From IMG/VR virus record IMGVR_UViG_3300050490_000017: a stretch of DNA of 41,658 bases. The stretch is one strand, 5' to 3'. This DNA is from a virus. Every line of letters starts with the position of its first letter. The stretch's first letter is position 1. Shown one piece after another: positions 38,140-41,658 of this stretch. The position numbers and the translations under genes were made by a program. Below the pieces are notes generated by a model. The model was not told where the DNA came from. It worked only from the letters and a program-made list of their open reading frames with translations, and did no database searches.

Positions 38140-39239
38140 TCCCCGACATGCCCCGGAAGCTCCCGCTCAACGTCACCAGGCAACGAACCCGTCACGGTAA
38201 GGTCGTCTTCTATTATCGCGTCGAGAAGGGTCCGCGGACTCGCCTCCCCGATATTGGCGATCCAGATTTCGCCGAAGCCTATGCTGCTTGCGTCTCTGGC
38301 GCTCCGATCAAGAAAAAGGCCAACGAGGACGCCCGCACGCTTGCATGGCTCATCGCCCGGTATATGGAGAGCAGCGCGTGGAAGGAACTGTCAGACGGCA
38401 CGCGCCGGCAGCGCAGCAATATCTTCCATCACGTCAAGACCGATAGCGGCCACGTTCCGTTCAAAGATGTAACCTCGGATTCAATCGAGAACGGCCTTGA
38501 GGATCGTCGGCATACGCCCGTCCAGGCCAATAATTTCCTGAAGGCCATGATGGGCCTCTTCAAATGGGCCAAGAAAGATCACCACGTCGAGGTGAACCCG
38601 ACCGTTGGCGTGGATCGCCTCAAGGTGAAGTCTGACGGCTTCCCGGCTTGGGATCTCGCGGACGTTCGCCGCTACTGCCTGAAATGGGAGATTGGCACTC
38701 CTCAGCGCCTTGCGCTCGAAATCGCGATGCATACCGGATTTCGCCGATCGGATCTCGTCCTCGTCGGCAAGCAACATCTGCGCGACAATGTGCTTTCGCT
38801 GCGGACCACAAAGACCGGTTCTGTCGTCACGGTGGAGTTGCCGCAACGAGTTCTGGATATCATCAAGGTCACGAAGACGGGGGATTTCCACTTCCTCGTC
38901 ACGAGCTTCGGGAAGCCGTTCTCTACTGCAGGATTTGGGAATTGGTTTGGGGAAGCGAGCCGGGAAGCCGGCATCGAGAAGAACACGCATGGTGTTCGCA
39001 AGCTGGCCGCGACAATGGCAGCCAACGGTGGCGCCACCGCTCATGAACTGATGAGCCAGTTCGGGTGGGCCAATTCCAAGCAGGCCGAAGTCTACACCAG
39101 AGGAGCAGACAGGGCGCGCCTTGGCGTCAAGTCTTCTCGGATCGTATCGGAACAGCTTGGGAACATTCTTCCCCCTCACCCTGAAACCGGTGAGGGATTT
39201 ACAGCGAAAAATAAAACGAAATCAATGCCTAAAAAGTAG
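38136..39239 (+). CDS. int: Tyrosine recombinase / phage integrase
   Basis: HTGFRRSDLVLV (Arg box) and HGVRKLAATMAANGGATAHELMSQFGWANSKQAEVYTRGA (H-x-x-R ... Y) are present. The start is TTG 38136 (RBS spacing fits) or ATG 38148. Confidence 0.9.
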   Translation: MIPDMPRKLPLNVTRQRTRHGKVVFYYRVEKGPRTRLPDIGDPDFAEAYAACVSGAPIKKKANEDARTLAWLIARYMESSAWKELSDGTRRQRSNIFHHVKTDSGHVPFKDVTSDSIENGLEDRRHTPVQANNFLKAMMGLFKWAKKDHHVEVNPTVGVDRLKVKSDGFPAWDLADVRRYCLKWEIGTPQRLALEIAMHTGFRRSDLVLVGKQHLRDNVLSLRTTKTGSVVTVELPQRVLDIIKVTKTGDFHFLVTSFGKPFSTAGFGNWFGEASREAGIEKNTHGVRKLAATMAANGGATAHELMSQFGWANSKQAEVYTRGADRARLGVKSSRIVSEQLGNILPPHPETGEGFTAKNKTKSMPKK

Positions 39240-39373
39240 TGTGGTGCCCCCGCCAGTTGTGCTATTATTGGCTTAAATCAATAGCTTAAGCCAAATGGTG
39301 AGGGGAATTTGGCCCGTTGATATCATTTGGCTTTCTAAATCGTCGCCCTCACCTTTCATGAAAGGATTAAGCC
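39240..39373. other. Probable attP region (repeat-rich, non-coding)
   Basis: It lies directly after int. Motifs: 9-bp inverted repeat 39268-76/39286-94; ATTTGGC at 39307-13 and 39325-31, inverted at 39290-96; GGTGAGGG at 39297-304 with CCCTCACC at 39346-53; palindrome CCTTTCATGAAAGG at 39352-65; tRNA-3'-end-like TGGTGCCCCCGCCAG at 39243-57. Confidence 0.55.
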
Positions 39374-39730
39374 TTGAAAAGTCTCCAAGATGCAGTTGAC
39401 GAGATGTACGACAAAGCCGCCGCGCAGATACAAACAACCGGAATTGCCGAGGGACCTAACTCCCTAACAGGGATAGAGCGGCTTCGTCTCCATTGCGTAG
39501 ACCCAGAGATATTCTCGATCGACTTGGACGATATTGAGCTAGCTCTGGTCGAACACGACACCGCGCTGGAAGAGTTTTGGCACCTGTGTGAGGCAGGAGC
39601 CGGAAACTTAGAGAAGGCAGCTCAGATCTTAGAAGCAAAACTTACTTCTGCACTGACAGACGATACGCGTACGATGATTAGAGAGGTTGCCGCGGCTATC
39701 CGCACCCTCAAAGGAGGATTGATCCCATGA
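39374..39730 (+). CDS. Hypothetical protein (118 aa, TTG start)
   Basis: Tracked ORF with an AAAGGA 7 nt upstream. The region has lower GC. Confidence 0.5.
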   Translation: MKSLQDAVDEMYDKAAAQIQTTGIAEGPNSLTGIERLRLHCVDPEIFSIDLDDIELALVEHDTALEEFWHLCEAGAGNLEKAAQILEAKLTSALTDDTRTMIREVAAAIRTLKGGLIP

Positions 39731-39939
39731 TGAACAAGGTTTCCATCATACGCCGCGTGACCTTGTGCGCCCTCGGTAGGTGCCCATGCGCCCCCAGATC
39801 AGACGAAACTGGATGCTGGGGAGAATGCATCCACTGCGACCAGCGATTCGGCTTTGTCGATCGCGCCACGCTCAGGGCTTATGCGGATCGGGAATACGCT
39901 GCCTATCTTGAGAAGGAGACCGCGAATGCCCAAAAATGA
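39727..39939 (+). CDS. Cys-rich small protein (70 aa)
   Basis: Tracked ORF with an ATGA overlap. The pattern CPC...C...CIHC suggests metal binding. Confidence 0.5.
   Translation: MMNKVSIIRRVTLCALGRCPCAPRSDETGCWGECIHCDQRFGFVDRATLRAYADREYAAYLEKETANAQK
39913..39930 (+). repeat. 18-bp start-site repeat AAGGAGACCGCGAATGCC, copy 1 (copy 2 at 40669-40686)
   Basis: Read directly. It contains an AAGGAG RBS and the ATG of the next gene. Both downstream proteins begin MPK. Confidence 0.9.
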
Positions 39940-40477
39940 TCCGAATGACCGTTATATGAAGAAGCCAACCAACCACTACCAGCCTCTTGGCGACTGCGAG
40001 ATTGAGAACAAAGTAGTTACCTATGGGGATCTGGTGCGTGAAGGCCGGCGGATTGGCCGTAGCGGCGACCGGGAAGAGATCGATAATTTTAAGCACCAGA
40101 GCGAGCTGCACTCGATGATAATGCAAGGGAGGTTTGGACAAGGCATGGGAATTAAAGAACCTCAACCAATCTACAGCGGCCCCGAACTCCCTTACCATCG
40201 GGACAAGAACGGTCGCGAGATCAAATACTGCAAGGTCCGCCACGATTGCGGCAAGATATACGACATCCACGGAACGGGCCTGAAAATGCCTGGGGATGGC
40301 TACAGCCTCTTGGCATGGAACGAAGACGATAAGCTGGTCTTCCTCGATACCAGAGACGTCGTTGTCCATGATGAGAGCATTGAATCAGACATCAAGGAAA
40401 TGGCGATCGTCGCGGCTGTGGTTTTGGCAATTCTGTTGCCGGTAGCCATAACAGCAAAATTGTCTTTTGGGTGGTGA
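39926..40477 (+). CDS. Tail-anchored membrane protein (183 aa), function unknown
   Basis: From ORF 39854..40477. Start moved to ATG 39926 (MPKNDPNDRY), preceded by AAGGAG. It has a C-terminal TM helix, MAIVAAVVLAILLPVAITA. Confidence 0.55.
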   Translation: MPKNDPNDRYMKKPTNHYQPLGDCEIENKVVTYGDLVREGRRIGRSGDREEIDNFKHQSELHSMIMQGRFGQGMGIKEPQPIYSGPELPYHRDKNGREIKYCKVRHDCGKIYDIHGTGLKMPGDGYSLLAWNEDDKLVFLDTRDVVVHDESIESDIKEMAIVAAVVLAILLPVAITAKLSFGW

Positions 40478-40479
40478 CG

Positions 40480-40704
40480 ATGGACTGGAAAACAATAGAC
40501 TCGGCTCCCGAGGGCGTCGAGATCATGACCAAGATCGATGACGAGCACGGCGAGCGCAACGTTCAGTCTCTCGTCAAGCGCACCCGCATTCCAGGCGAGA
40601 CGCGCCCGATGTTCTGGACAACAGACGGAGCCATGTATGTCTACTACATGCCCACGCATTGGGCCATCAAGGAGACCGCGAATGCCAAAGCATGTTTTCA
40701 ATAG
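40480..40704 (+). CDS. Short DUF551-like protein (74 aa)
   Basis: MDWKTIDSAPEGVEIMTKI ... YYMPTHWAIKE follows the same W..IDxAP.....THW pattern as 37583..37966. Confidence 0.5.
   Translation: MDWKTIDSAPEGVEIMTKIDDEHGERNVQSLVKRTRIPGETRPMFWTTDGAMYVYYMPTHWAIKETANAKACFQ
40669..40686 (+). repeat. 18-bp start-site repeat, copy 2
   Basis: Identical 18-mer, 756 bp downstream of copy 1. Confidence 0.9.
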
Positions 40705-40912
40705 CTTTCAGCCTTACGACCGCGAGAGACAACTGAAGATCCAGCGCGACCTTGGCATTATCCCAGAAGAGCCCGAGCCAGATGTTTCGACGCCTGGGGT
40801 CTTCGTCCAGATTGTCGACGGGTGTCCGGTCGTATCGGTGAGGTGCGGCGATATCTCAAAGCTTGACGAGCTGACTGCACTGGCGCGGAAAATTCTTGCG
40901 GCGGTCGGCTGA
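40682..40912 (+). CDS. Hypothetical protein (76 aa)
   Basis: From ORF 40538..40912. Start moved to ATG 40682 (MPKHVFNSF), preceded by AAGGAG. Confidence 0.5.
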   Translation: MPKHVFNSFQPYDRERQLKIQRDLGIIPEEPEPDVSTPGVFVQIVDGCPVVSVRCGDISKLDELTALARKILAAVG

Positions 40913-41010
40913 TGTTTAACCGCTACCGCTTCCAAGCCCTCGTCGTAGCAGCAGGATTGATAGTGGTGCTGGGGGTTGAAGGGTGGAAGTGGGCTATCAG
41001 TTTATTTTGA
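40912..41010 (+). CDS. Possible 32-aa TM peptide
   Basis: Not in the track. Sequence MFNRYRFQALVVAAGLIVVLGVEGWKWAISLF. TGATG coupling to the upstream gene. It overlaps the convergent DUF1515-like gene end by 14 nt. Confidence 0.25.
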   Translation: MFNRYRFQALVVAAGLIVVLGVEGWKWAISLF

Positions 41011-41404
41011 GCCAATGCCGAAGCGCCGCCACTGCGCCGTCGCCGACGTAGGTGATGATTCCGCCGATGGTGAGGCCGGCGAAGGCGATCAGCCCTGAGA
41101 TGCCATAACCGATCGACTTCATTCGTTTCCACTCCTCCAGCGCCGGCTGGACGGCTGTGTGGTTCTTCTCCACCGTACCCTTGATGCTTTTTATCTCTTC
41201 CCGCAGTGTTGCATCTACGCCGCTGCTGATCTCGACCACCTTATCCAGCAGGTTGATCTGCCGCATTTGCTCATCGAGCCGGCGATGAATGACCGCTCGG
41301 CTTTCGTGGGCGCTCTGCTTCTCCTCCTGAAAGTCTTCGCGGATTCGCTTTACGCCTTCCTCGACGCGCCCGAGCATCAAAAGTATGTCGTCATTGGATG
41401 TCAT
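40997..41404 (-). CDS. DUF1515-like coiled-coil protein with a C-terminal TM segment (135 aa)
   Basis: Tracked ORF with a coiled-coil N-terminus and the C-terminal stretch GYGISGLIAFAGLTIGGIITYVG. It resembles the Rhizobium/Agrobacterium prophage DUF1515 family, from memory. Confidence 0.5.
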   Translation of the reverse strand: MTSNDDILLMLGRVEEGVKRIREDFQEEKQSAHESRAVIHRRLDEQMRQINLLDKVVEISSGVDATLREEIKSIKGTVEKNHTAVQPALEEWKRMKSIGYGISGLIAFAGLTIGGIITYVGDGAVAALRHWLKIN

Positions 41405-41508
41405 TACAACGCCCTGCTGCCTGCCTTTTAAGTCTTAGGGAAGGTTTGGGCCGTATATTTGGCTCAGCCTTGGCGATCCCCACGCGGGTCGTCTTTGGTC
41501 AGGCTCGG

Positions 41509-41528
41509 CGTTCTGCTCTAACAGAACG
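41509..41528 (-). terminator. Hairpin downstream of the SGNH gene (weak terminator candidate)
   Basis: CGTTCTG-ctctaa-CAGAACG forms a 7-bp stem. No clear U-tract follows on the minus strand. Confidence 0.25.
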
Positions 41529-41531
41529 TCG

Positions 41532-41658
41532 GGCCGCCTGCTTTAAACCATCGAGACGTATCCCGGCGGCCTATAGTACGGATCAAGAAAGGGAGTGAGG
41601 AAGGTCGCGAGTGGGCCCGACATGTCGATATGCGCTTGGACTGTCGGGTGGATGTTGT
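41532..41658. repeat. Second copy of the 127-bp terminal repeat (contains a duplicate of the 3' end of the SGNH gene, 41543-41658 minus strand)
   Basis: Identical to 1-127. Confidence 0.95.

Larger units (their letters stand above)
1..41531. mobile_element. Complete temperate phage genome (podovirus-like, integrase-bearing), circularly closed in this contig
   Basis: A full set of terminase, portal, capsid, ejection-protein, tail-fibre, lysis, immunity, recombination and integrase genes plus attP sits between two identical 127-bp ends. No tape-measure, sheath or tube genes were seen. Confidence 0.85.

Noticed and set aside
1-41658. CRISPR arrays, tRNA or rRNA genes, IS elements or transposases
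   Set aside because: I scanned by eye for regularly spaced repeats of 24-40 bp, T-loop consensus sequences and transposase-like ORFs. Only the repeats listed above were found, and none has CRISPR-like periodicity with three or more copies and spacers.

Overview
The window is a complete, circularly closed genome of a temperate, podovirus-like dsDNA phage or prophage. Bases 1-127 exactly repeat 41532-41658, so the unique length is 41,531 bp. GC is high, and the gene content looks Rhizobiales-type alphaproteobacterial (DUF1515-like, DUF3309-like, BrnA-like, alphaproteobacterial tail-fibre N-terminus). Layout: (1) Minus strand, 20.4 kb down to 0: terS, terL, portal, scaffold, major capsid, decoration-like protein, adaptor/nozzle-like proteins, a GNAT-like protein, an S74-chaperone protein, two large ejection proteins (one with a tail-lysozyme domain), tail fibre and a Tat-signal protein. 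An intrinsic terminator follows, then holin, SAR-endolysin, overlapped spanins and an SGNH esterase. (2) Minus strand, 28.7 down to 21.1 kb: an early-left operon led by a Cro-like gene. It encodes a multi-HTH/AP2 protein, a very small C5-methyltransferase-like protein, a PD-(D/E)xK nuclease, two LuxR/GerE HTH-only proteins and a Zn-ribbon protein. It also contains a ~320-400 nt hairpin-dense non-coding stretch. (3) 28.7-30.0 kb: an immunity island bracketed by two mirrored promoter-operator modules. (4) Plus strand, 30.1 to 39.2 kb: an early-right operon with DUF551-like paralogues, two HNH endonucleases, a Rad52-type annealase and a DUF1367-like protein. It ends in a tyrosine integrase and a repeat-rich attP. 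(5) 39.4-41.4 kb: lower-GC cargo genes. Most genes are translationally coupled (ATGA, GTGA or TGATG overlaps). I saw no tRNA, rRNA, CRISPR array, transposase or reverse transcriptase. All family names come from motif recognition in the translations, not from database searches.
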